Origin: Actinomycetota bacterium
GTDB taxonomy: Bacteria; Actinomycetota; Acidimicrobiia; Acidimicrobiales; JAMCPL01
Reading direction: 5' to 3'
DNA length: 64,000 bases
NCBI GenBank assembly: GCA_023379675.1
Contig: JAMCPL010000028.1
Location: forward strand, 8,033 to 72,032
The notes below the pieces were generated by a model. It saw only the letters and a program-made list of their open reading frames with translations, did not search any database and was not told the origin of the DNA. A program made the position numbers and the translations under genes. Shown here piece after piece: positions 1-8,365 of the stretch. Within the stretch, counting starts at the first letter, position 1. Every line of letters starts with the position of its first letter.

Positions 1-836
1 TCTGCGTTTGTCCCGCCAGCCTGGTGCGGAAGGCAGACCAACGGTCCTGTACCGGAGAAGGGATCGATAACTACCCTGGGCCTAGCGAGGTGTGAGCCGC
101 TTCGTCGTACAATCGCGCAGCTGCCAAGCCCGAGCAGCGTCTCTACGAGGTATACCGGGAGGGCCGCCTTTTCAGCCAGCGGGCCGGCACCTCTGTCGAT
201 GGCCGCGGCGGTCTCAACGTCGCTAAGGATGTCAACAAGATCAATCATCCGCTGGACTAAGTCAATCGCGAAGTCGCCTCCGAACCTCAAAAAGCGTTGT
301 ACTGGTCTATCCAGATCTTGAAGCAGCGTCTGATGGGAAAGCCAGTGGGCGACCACCTGGTCTGCCTCGTCCCCGCCATCTCGAAGCTCTCTGATCAGCA
401 AACGCCAAAGATCGCCAGTACAATACCGTGGTATCCCGCCGTGCAAGAGAATTGGTGTAAGATATTTATGGCCATGCACCTGCTCTTGAACGTACTCGAA
501 TGTCTCGAGCCCAAGGCAGGCTAGAGACAGAAGGAACTGCTTACCTATCTCCCGCTGGGCATTGGGGTTCTCTGTGCCGACGTCGGAAACGTTCGGCCAG
601 TACTCACCCCCCTTGTACTGGTGGATGCCTTCTGCCACAAGGAATACTGACAAAGCTGCCGGGCAGGTTGCTGCAAACAGGTCAAATCTCCGCGAAGCTA
701 TCAGGTGGCCACTAGCGCTCTTCGCTCCCAGGTACAACTCTGAGTCCGAGGCGAGGTCAAGTTCCCCAATCAGGTTGACATTGCTCAGGGACTGTCGAAG
801 CTCGCTCTCGATCTCTACCAGACGCGTGTCGTCCAT
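1..836 (-). CDS. Uncharacterised large protein, N-terminal 278 codons only; gene runs off the left edge of the window
   Basis: Found by reading the reverse strand by hand. It is absent from the ORF track because it has no stop inside the window. ATG at 836 is preceded by GGAGGTGAGGGAG, and there is an in-frame stop upstream at 867-869. I checked every triplet of this frame from 836 down to nt 3 and found no TAA/TAG/TGA. It begins MDDTRLVEIESELRQSLSNVNLIGELDLASDSELYLGAK... The + strand ORFs 297-524, 500-715 and 562-870 are its antisense shadows. No family recognised. Confidence 0.6.
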   Translation of the reverse strand, partial: MDDTRLVEIESELRQSLSNVNLIGELDLASDSELYLGAKSASGHLIASRRFDLFAATCPAALSVFLVAEGIHQYKGGEYWPNVSDVGTENPNAQREIGKQFLLSLACLGLETFEYVQEQVHGHKYLTPILLHGGIPRYCTGDLWRLLIRELRDGGDEADQVVAHWLSHQTLLQDLDRPVQRFLRFGGDFAIDLVQRMIDLVDILSDVETAAAIDRGAGPLAEKAALPVYLVETLLGLGSCAIVRRSGSHLARPRVVIDPFSGTGPLVCLPHQAGGTNA

Positions 837-1117
837 ATCCCCTACTCCCTCACCTCCGGGCACCCCTTAATCATCCAGACAGACACGGCTAGGCAAACCT
901 TCCTACCACCACAAGGCAACTCTCCCATAACGTACCCCAAATGTCATATACAACCTTACCGCATTTCTGGTTTCGCGAGCAGACTCACTACATGACTGCC
1001 TGGTGTTACGACGACCGGTTGAACCCAAGCTACGACCGCTGCAGGTTTCTTGGTCTGATGCCCAGGTGAGTCATAACTTTGAACATAGAGACACGGTCCG
1101 TCCGTATAGCGCTGGGT

Positions 1118-2551
1118 CTACCTGGACAGCGTAGCCGCGACCGTCCCGAGCCGCTCAGTCAATGCCCCTTCGAACTCCATTGTCAAGTCCGTAGAACCCG
1201 ACGTGGCATGCGTTAGTTCGTGTAGAAACGTGCCGAGGAACCGCGCAGGCGTTGTAAGTTGGTCACGCCGAATCACGATTCGATGTTCCGTCGGCTCCCA
1301 GACCCCCACAACTTCGGAGCCAGCTGACAGCCGCGTTGTTTCCGACACCGCAACCGACACCTTCATTTGACCAAGATCAACTCCTGCGAGTTGAGCCGCT
1401 CGTTCCGCCAGTGCGAAGATCCGCTGTTCTGAAGATGTCAGCTGAGGGATCGTGATGAATGAGTAAACGAAACTGTCGTTCCATTCATTCTCATATGTGC
1501 CAATATTCACAATTGAACGACCTTGCAGGTCGGTAACAGAGGCCAACGAAGACGCAATATCATCCGGCACGACGACCACCTCGTAACCGTCATCCCGTGC
1601 ATGATCCACTACAGCAAGGCCAGTCTGCCAAGGAGTGACGAAAATGACCTTCGATACTGACTGGAGTACCCGGCACGCGTGAATCGCTACATCCTTCCAA
1701 AGCAGTTCGTCGTGAACCTTGCCAGTGAGATAAGACTTGAGGTCGCGCGCGAGTGATGCAGCGACCTCGGCAGTTTTGCAAGTCCTGAGAATTTTCTTCA
1801 CCTGGTCGGTGTACGCCGTACGGCCTACGTTTGACCGCTCGCGGTTGAGGGCTCGCTTCAGCGGCGCGTTTAGCGAGGTGATATTGTACGAGAAGAGGAA
1901 GTTCTGCTCTTCTGCGACAATCAAACCCTTGACGTAGATCCGCCCCGGTGCCTTGGAATCACCACGTTCAAGAACGTCGCCGACAGGCGTGCACTCGAGC
2001 ACTCGGTCGCCACTGAAGCGAAGGAAATAGGACATTGCCTGCTTCATGTCTGCATCGCCAGCACCGACAATCTCGACCTCGGTGCCAATCATCGACGGAT
2101 CACTCGGTGGAGCAACGATTCCGTGCAGCGTCTTGACATCGGCGAATCCCGACTTCGGTCGTTGTGCCGTCGTAAGGTCGCAGTGACGCGATCTAATAGT
2201 AATACCGACTCCTTTGCGGTCGCACACCGCGAGTGCGTCTTTGAGCCCTATGCCAAACTGGCCAATGACATCGGGATGCTTGAGCTTCTCAGGGTTCTCC
2301 TTCTGCGTAAGGTGCTGATACTGAAGCCCACGCCCATAATCGCGGATACGCCATGAGTCACCATCAATCCTCTCGATGGTCAGAGCTTTCGATCCAGTAA
2401 TGGCCTCCTCATCAAGAGCGTTGGCGATGAACTCACGCAAGGCAAATGCAATTGGCCAATGCTCAAGAACTTTCTCGATGTTCAAGTCAAATGCTTGAGC
2501 TCTATCATCGTCGGTAGGTCGCGGCACCGCAAACCACGCTGAATCACTCAT
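1118..2551 (-). CDS. GHKL-superfamily (HATPase_c-like, MORC/paraMORC-style) ATPase fused to a C-terminal HExxH metallopeptidase-like module
   Basis: 477-aa ORF. Bergerat-fold motifs occur in the correct order: N-box E40-FIANALDE, G1 D71-YGRGL, G2 G97-QFGIGLKDA. The C-terminal FLH444-ELTH448-ATSG is a zinc-peptidase-type HExxH signature. Family-level call from motifs only. Confidence 0.8.
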   Translation of the reverse strand: MSDSAWFAVPRPTDDDRAQAFDLNIEKVLEHWPIAFALREFIANALDEEAITGSKALTIERIDGDSWRIRDYGRGLQYQHLTQKENPEKLKHPDVIGQFGIGLKDALAVCDRKGVGITIRSRHCDLTTAQRPKSGFADVKTLHGIVAPPSDPSMIGTEVEIVGAGDADMKQAMSYFLRFSGDRVLECTPVGDVLERGDSKAPGRIYVKGLIVAEEQNFLFSYNITSLNAPLKRALNRERSNVGRTAYTDQVKKILRTCKTAEVAASLARDLKSYLTGKVHDELLWKDVAIHACRVLQSVSKVIFVTPWQTGLAVVDHARDDGYEVVVVPDDIASSLASVTDLQGRSIVNIGTYENEWNDSFVYSFITIPQLTSSEQRIFALAERAAQLAGVDLGQMKVSVAVSETTRLSAGSEVVGVWEPTEHRIVIRRDQLTTPARFLGTFLHELTHATSGSTDLTMEFEGALTERLGTVAATLSR

Positions 2552-2892
2552 ACGATCCTCCTCTACACTGTTCCAATATACAATATCTTATTTCTCACCT
2601 TTTACGTGACCCCACATTCCGAGTTGGCACAGCGCCAGGTCCGCAGCCACCACATCACTATAGATGGCTGACCGAATATTGAGGGTCCCTGACAATTCTC
2701 GAAAATCATACCCGGCGCTGCGGCCAAACAGCCGCATGCTGACCAACTTCAATCTTTCTTGCCCTGACTGACGTGCTTCGCCTTCTCTTATCCTTAACGG
2801 TCCACCGGACTGTCAGGCCACCATGATTATCAAGCTGGATTCGTCCTCACTTGCACCTACGGCCGAAACCCCGGCAGGGACTTTACAGAACG

Positions 2893-3029
2893 TGTTGGCG
2901 AAGCACCTGTCCGTTTCCTATCAATCCACTGAACGGATACGGACTGGATGAATGTAAGCTGGACGGCACGTAAGCGAAGGTGATATTATGCATTGAGCAG
3001 ACTGGCAAAGAGTTGTTGAAATATTCACT
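2893..3029 (+). repeat. Copy A of a ~120-137 nt non-coding element (copy B at 46178-46299, same orientation)
   Basis: Hand alignment gives about 75-80 percent identity. The first 56 aligned nt have 10 mismatches. Copy A has an extra 15-nt TGAATGTAAGCTGGA. No ORF is conserved on either strand. It contains TGGACG-17nt-ATATTA, a promoter-like pair. Confidence 0.6.
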
Positions 3030-3107
3030 AACACAGTTTTGTATGTCCGTTGACAGCTGCTAAGGCCAAATTGCACAACCTTTGGCACGCAACCCAAGGA
3101 GGTGGAA

Positions 3108-4241
3108 ATGTTAGATCTCGTCGAGACGCTTCGGGACCGTAATAAGTGGATCGACCAATACAATCCACAAGGCCACGTAGTCAACGAGGCGAACACGAAA
3201 ATCGTGCTGATCGAGCCGATCCTTGAGGCCTTGGGCTGGGACATCCGCGACCCCGACGAGGTGCACCGGGAATACCGGCGTCTCCCGGGTGACAACCCGG
3301 TCGACTACGCACTCTTGCTCTTGCACGCGCCACAATTGCTCGTGGAAGCAAAAAGCATGAGTGAACGCCTCGACGACCCAAAGTGGGCCAACCAGACGGT
3401 TGCCTACGCGACCGCTGCAGGCGTCGAATGGGTGGTCCTTACGAACGGCACTGATTGGCGAATTTACAATGCTCACGCGCCGGTCCCCCTCGAGCAGAAG
3501 CTCTTTCGCTCCGTCAAGATACGAGAGGACCTCGACACGGCGGCGGCAACGCTCAGGCTCATCGGCAAGGAGAACATGCGGAACAACCGCATCAAGGAAC
3601 TGTGGAAGGTGTACTGCGTCGATCAGCAGGTGAGCGAGGCCCTCCGTTACCTATTCGACGGTGTTGAGCCAGCGAAGCAGTTGGTGGATGCCGTCCGTCA
3701 CCGCGCGAAGAACCTCACGCCGAAGGACATCCGCACCAGCCTCACCCGCGTGCGCGTCACGTTCGAGTTCCCCACTGTGAGCGATGAAGCCATTGCACTA
3801 CCTGGTGCTGCTTATGGGACTGCCGATAGCGGCAGTCCTGCTGGGCAGACGAACACCATCGGCGGATCTCAAGGTGCCTCTAATATTTACCCTGAGCCTG
3901 CTAATCGATACCGTCGTGTCAGCCTAGCGGAACGGAAGCTCTCGATCCCCGATCTTATAAAGAAGGGATTGCTCTCGCCCGGCGCACTACTCGAGGCTAG
4001 CTTGCCAGGGGCAGGGACTTACAGCGCTACGGTGCTACCTGACGGGTATATTGAGTACGCGGGTACCAGCTACAAGACCCCGTCAGCGGCAGGCGCTGCG
4101 GTGAGGGAGGCTTCGGCTGGTCGCGCTCTCGCACCGAATGAAAAGGCGACCGACGGCTGGCAGTTCTGGCGGACACGCGATGCATCTGGGACGATAGTAA
4201 CGCTCAAGGAGATGCGCCGGCACGCCACCGACGTGCAGTGA
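3108..4241 (+). CDS. PD-(D/E)xK nuclease-fold protein (type I restriction HsdR N-terminal-like domain) with C-terminal RAMA-like domain
   Basis: AAGGAGG lies 5 nt upstream of ATG 3108; the track start GTG 3102 lies inside this SD. The N-terminus ...NTKIVLIEPILEALGW...VDYALLLL...LLVEAKS gives a D...ExK core. The C-terminus ...YKTPSAAGAAV...ATDGWQFWR is the pattern I associate with RAMA domains of restriction/modification-associated proteins. Confidence 0.75.
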   Translation: MLDLVETLRDRNKWIDQYNPQGHVVNEANTKIVLIEPILEALGWDIRDPDEVHREYRRLPGDNPVDYALLLLHAPQLLVEAKSMSERLDDPKWANQTVAYATAAGVEWVVLTNGTDWRIYNAHAPVPLEQKLFRSVKIREDLDTAAATLRLIGKENMRNNRIKELWKVYCVDQQVSEALRYLFDGVEPAKQLVDAVRHRAKNLTPKDIRTSLTRVRVTFEFPTVSDEAIALPGAAYGTADSGSPAGQTNTIGGSQGASNIYPEPANRYRRVSLAERKLSIPDLIKKGLLSPGALLEASLPGAGTYSATVLPDGYIEYAGTSYKTPSAAGAAVREASAGRALAPNEKATDGWQFWRTRDASGTIVTLKEMRRHATDVQ

Positions 4242-4321
4242 GCAACACCGAGCCGGCACCACGGGAACGCCATTACGCTGACAATGGGCTGTTTCCTCCA
4301 CTCTTCCGGAGCTCTTCAGTA

Positions 4322-4897
4322 TCAGAAAGGCGGTAGGGTCCCAAGGTACTCGGAGAGTGCAGCCGTCAGGAGGAGGAGTAGACGGGCATCCCCGCCGGTG
4401 AACAGCTCGGCGTTTACGTCGCCTTCGGGATGATGAGGCGCATTCGCGATGTCGCTTACCTTTTTCCAGAGCGTGTCGAGGAGTTGGCGGCGGATGTCAT
4501 TGTCGGGCCACTGGCGCTCCTGGGCGATCTTCTCAGCGATGCGTTGCTGATCGGTCGCACCGTACTGCCTCTCCCACATGTTCAGTAGTCCTCGACACTC
4601 CTGAATGCAGTCACCATATCGGCGCTGATCAAGTGCACCTCGCGCCCTGTCGAACTGAGCCGCTGCGTTCGAGTGATCGGGCAGAGGTGGGGGAAACGAC
4701 AGATCAAGAAGCCGAAGACGGTCATAACCCAGCCCCGGCAAAACGTTGTCAACCCAGTGTGACTGGTCAATCTGCACGGACATGGTTGTGATCCGCGAAA
4801 TCCAAAACGGGTACAACTGGCAGAAAATTCCATAGGCAAACTCCCATGGCGATTCTGGCTGCTGCTTTCCTGGTGTCACCTGATTGAACGTCTTCAT
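4322..4897 (-). CDS. Hypothetical protein with DUF4145/HEPN-like C-terminal helical region
   Basis: 191-aa ORF. The C-terminal ...LWKKVSDIANAPHHPEGDVNAELFTGGDARLLLLLTAALSEYL resembles the GN.aaH plus helical hairpin of DUF4145-type modules seen in restriction and abortive-infection proteins. Recollection-level similarity only. Confidence 0.5.
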   Translation of the reverse strand: MKTFNQVTPGKQQPESPWEFAYGIFCQLYPFWISRITTMSVQIDQSHWVDNVLPGLGYDRLRLLDLSFPPPLPDHSNAAAQFDRARGALDQRRYGDCIQECRGLLNMWERQYGATDQQRIAEKIAQERQWPDNDIRRQLLDTLWKKVSDIANAPHHPEGDVNAELFTGGDARLLLLLTAALSEYLGTLPPF

Positions 4898-4951
4898 CCC
4901 GGCTACTGATGCTTCGATAGCGACATACAGCGTGAAGGTGCTGGATTACGC

Positions 4952-5752
4952 TTAATGGCGTAGCAATTCGATGTGCTCCACCTCTGCCGACGACAACCAG
5001 AAATGTAGATCGACGATGCTGATAACCAATTCACTTGGGATGGTGTGCACCCGAAATCGGGCAGTCAGATCTTCGACAATCAGACAACAGAGAGAGTTCT
5101 GTGGAAAGACGTTCTGATCCGGTCCGAGTGTTGCCTTGATCCGGCAGATCGCCAGCATGGACTCTGGTGGATGATTGTCAAGATCAATTTTCAACGGGAG
5201 GACGAGCTGGGGATGGAGCGGACCTCCTTCGCCTCGAATCGCCCCACCGTCGATCGACGCCGAGCCAATGCCTTTGCCGCCTAGGACGATGGGCTGTTGG
5301 CGTTCGACACGCTCTGGCTGATCGATACGATGCATTCCGAGCCCGTGACGGTTCCGAGGTGGGAAGCTCATCGCGCCAGCCGACCGAGGTAGCTGCGTGA
5401 TCGCGCCCTCAAGTGTCTCTTCTTGAACCAGACGACGTTCTCGGGCATCCTCCACAGGAACGCTGGTCCGATCGGTGGCAAGAAGCAGACCTCCGACTAC
5501 AAGATTGACTGTCGGTTTAACAAGCCCCAGCTCGAACAGCGCCTGCGCCTCGTGGGGGCTCTTGCTGACTGCGGGGCGATCCTGGATATAACCAACCTCG
5601 ACTACGAGAGACTGGTATCTCACCTGCGCCGCTAGCTCGACAATATTCCCGCGGAGGAGTCGGATCTCGACGATGCAAGGGCTGCGCCAGGTAATGGACT
5701 GGCTCATCAAAAACGCGTCGGACGCCGAAGTAACCAAGTGGGCGGATAACAA
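4952..5752 (-). CDS. Hypothetical 266-aa protein, or an antisense shadow of a decayed + strand gene (unresolved)
   Basis: Long open frame (TTG 5752, first ATG 5707), 54 nt upstream of and co-oriented with the 191-aa gene. No family recognised. Hand-counted GC3 is about 60 percent, against about 67-79 percent for + frame 2 on the same triplets. See findings. Confidence 0.35.
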   Translation of the reverse strand: MLSAHLVTSASDAFLMSQSITWRSPCIVEIRLLRGNIVELAAQVRYQSLVVEVGYIQDRPAVSKSPHEAQALFELGLVKPTVNLVVGGLLLATDRTSVPVEDARERRLVQEETLEGAITQLPRSAGAMSFPPRNRHGLGMHRIDQPERVERQQPIVLGGKGIGSASIDGGAIRGEGGPLHPQLVLPLKIDLDNHPPESMLAICRIKATLGPDQNVFPQNSLCCLIVEDLTARFRVHTIPSELVISIVDLHFWLSSAEVEHIELLRH

Positions 5753-6515
5753 GCCGTACCAGGCGATCAGGCCTGTCTATGACCTCTCAGGCGGGCGTGC
5801 AGGCTTCTCGCAGCTCCGCAACATTTCTGAGTTTCACAATCCGAATGCTGTAAACGACCACTGCGTCGAGATCCTGGCGGAGTTGGTTCAAGGGCGGATC
5901 GTTATTGTCGATCTCTCGCTGGGGTCAGAGATCGTCACCCAGACCCTGTCCGAGCGCATCGTCACCCACATTTTGGCGGAAGCGAACAATCGATTCCGCC
6001 AAGCCCTCGAGCCTCACCGAATCCAGATCTACGTCGAGGAGGCGTACCGTCTCTTCGATCGCCAGGATTTCAACAAGAAGTCGGCTGATCCATGGGTTCG
6101 TCTCGCCAAGGAGGCTGCCAAGTTCCAGATCGGGCTGATCTACGCGACGCAGGAGGTCTCTTCCGTCGAGCCGCGGGTGCTCGCGAACACCCACAACTGG
6201 ATCGTTGCTCACCTGAACTCCGCTCGGGAGATCCGCGAGCTCGGGAACTACTACGACTTCACGTCGTTTGCAGACGCGACCCTCAGGGCCGAGGATCGTG
6301 GCTATGTCAGGCTTAAGACCTTGTCCGGCAAGTACATCGTTCCGGTACAGATCGACCGATTCGCCCACGGCGCGATCAACCAATCGCGGAAGGCGGCTGG
6401 CCTTCCGCCCGTCGCAGCAGCCATGAACAGTGGGCGCGGCAACGACACCGGACAGACTGAGGTGTTCGAACCTCGGCCCGAGCCGTTCGTCGATGAGAAC
6501 CGGGAAGAGGAGTAG
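5673..6515 (+). pseudogene. HerA/DUF87-type (COG0433) ATPase, C-terminal half only, no Walker A
   Basis: ...GRIVIVDLSLG..., ...HRIQIYVEEAYRLF... (Walker B / EEAH-like) and ...AAKFQIGLIYATQEVSSVEPRVLANTHNWIVAHLNS... match the C-terminal half of HerA-like ATPases. The ORF contains no GxxxxGK[ST], and the frame only opens at ~5592. Confidence 0.65.
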
Positions 6516-7855
6516 TGCCCTACGGACGTTCCGACGGGCGCTACGAGAAAGCGAGTCGGCTTGGACAGGTAGACCTTGCCAAGAGCGGCGTCGTCAAAGA
6601 GGCGATGGAGCGCTGGGTGTGCTCTCCCCTCGTCGACGGACCACCGGCCGACCTTACCGATCGCGTGGTGCCGCTCGCGGACCTGCCTGGTCAAGTCGAT
6701 CGCCCCGACGCCAGATTCGCGCTGGCGTTCGACGGCTCGCTTCAAGAAGTAGCGGCTCGTGAGAAGTACCCGTCCGTGCGCGTGGAGTACGTGCAGCTTG
6801 CTGGCGTCGCTGTAGTGCTGCCTGAGTTCTTCGACGCTCGCGAAGGTTCGTTCGTCGATCCTCGCCAGCAGGCGGCCGTTAAACAGCAGATCGTCATGTC
6901 AGCGACCCGGGGAGCAGCTCAGTCGACACTTGGAGGCACGAGCTCTATGAGCTCTTCCGCACCCGCGGTGTTAGTGACTTCGGTGGACTGGTTTCGATGC
7001 TCGACGGCCTCGGCCGTCTGCATGAAGCCACCGGCACCGTGGAGGTCGGTCGTTGCCCTGAAGAGATGTGCAACAAACGACAGGAATGACCGGCAAATTA
7101 CGCAGGAATAGTCACAAATGCCCAGGGTGCGGAGCCCAAATCTGGCCAACAGATGATCTGCGTACGCATGAGGAGTTCGACGGAGACGGGTCAAACCTCA
7201 CGCCTGTGGGCCGTGTGATGAACTTTTGCGAGCGGCTGCTCCTCTCGATGTACATCGAGGGTTTCGCTCGCTCGTCGCCTCACAAACTCGGTCAAGGAAT
7301 TTTTATCGCGGATGGACTTTTGGCACTGTTCGGGACGGTTGCCCCGATGAAGCGCCGCTTCGTCTCGTGGTGGCAGCAGATGACCACCCAGCTCAACAGC
7401 AGGGGGCAGTTCCTCCCCTCGTAGTCGGCATCGAAAAGCCAGGAGCATTCATCGATCACGCCGCAGCGATAGCTGAATTCCTTAGCCCCGGTGATGTGCT
7501 GCACATGGACGACACCTACATCAGGGCGCAGATAGCTCCCGGGAAGCCGGGCGCAGATCCGTACGGCAAGGACGAGTTCTTCGATCGGAAGTTCATCTAC
7601 AAGACGAGCACCGACAACGTCCTTGTCGTAACGATGCCGAGGATGAGCGGCCAGCCCTATGGCGAGAAGGATTGTGAATCGCTTGATCAGTATCCGACCC
7701 TCGCCAAGAGCCTGGCGGTTCTCGATGACATCCAGGCGCGTCTCTACAAGGACGCCGTGATCCCCGTTGCGTTGGCCCACTCTGCGGCCGCACTCCCTCT
7801 GGGCACAGGTACCCGCGTCCTTGAGGATCTGGCTAGGCAGGCACTTTCCGTCTGA
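6515..7855 (+). pseudogene. NurA-like nuclease gene broken by at least three frameshifts
   Basis: Homologous-looking segments lie in four successive frames:
- 6515-~6900: ...RFALAFDGSLQEVAAREKYPSVRVEYVQLAGVAV...
- ~6901-7088: ...WRHELYELFRTRGVSDFGGLVSMLDGLGRLHEATGTVEVGRCPEEMC
- 7068-~7400: ...CPGCGAQIWPTDDL...GIFIADGLLALFG
- ~7400-7855: ...PPLVVGIEKPGAFIDHAAAI...VIPVALAHSAAALPLG

There is a TAGTG stop/start overlap with the upstream ATPase fragment. Confidence 0.7.
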
Positions 7856-8118
7856 GGTGGCCGCCAGGTGACCCAGCAGGGCAGTTTACCTGGGTGAGAC
7901 CGGCGTCCATCCCCGCGACAGCATCGTCATCACCGGCCCCTCGCTCACCACGCCTCGGAAGCGCCAGATCGTCGCTACTGGCCTGCCCGGAACCTAACTA
8001 AGTGGTATTGCTGTTAAGCCGGAGATCCACAGTTACTAACTCTTTTTCGGAGTCGCTGTCACGGTCTGGGGGTATAGTGTTATCATGATCGAAGTTAGGC
8101 TGCAGATCGAGGGTCGGC

Positions 8119-8358
8119 ATGGAGCCATACGGTGCCGGGTACGAGCCAGCCGCGGTCGCCGGCTTCCTGCAAGACGCCTACTACTACCTGATTGCCCACG
8201 CCCATGCCCACAAGTATGTCATGGTCACTCACGAGGTCGTCGCCCACTCTACGAAGATGATCAAGATCCCCAACGCCTGCCTAGGCGTGGACGTGCGCTA
8301 CCTCACGCCATTCGAGATGCTCCGAGCCGAACGGGCTAAGTTCCTCCTGGGAAGCTGA
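8119..8358 (+). pseudogene. C-terminal remnant of a DUF4411-type PIN-like protein
   Basis: 79-aa ORF. ...FLQDAYYYLIAHAHAHKYVMVTHEV...KIPNACLGVDVRYLTPFEMLRAERAKF fits the C-terminal pattern aDp.LIA.A...g..vVT.E....KIP.vC..gV....f.mLr that I recall for DUF4411. The N-terminal PIN core is absent. Confidence 0.4.
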
Positions 8359-8365
8359 TCAGATC

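Noticed and set aside
297-870. Three overlapping + strand ORFs (75, 71 and 102 aa) from the track
   Set aside because: They lie antisense to a continuous 278-codon minus-strand frame with a proper SD and ATG at 836. Their products are Arg/Ser/Pro-rich and low in complexity.
5393-5635. AGPIGGKK plus AILDITNLDYE in + frame 2 as definite proof of the HerA Walker-A region
   Set aside because: The spacing to the hhhD..GEY-like block is longer than in HerA sequences I recall, and S/T is replaced by K. I kept this as a hypothesis in the findings and did not annotate it as a feature.
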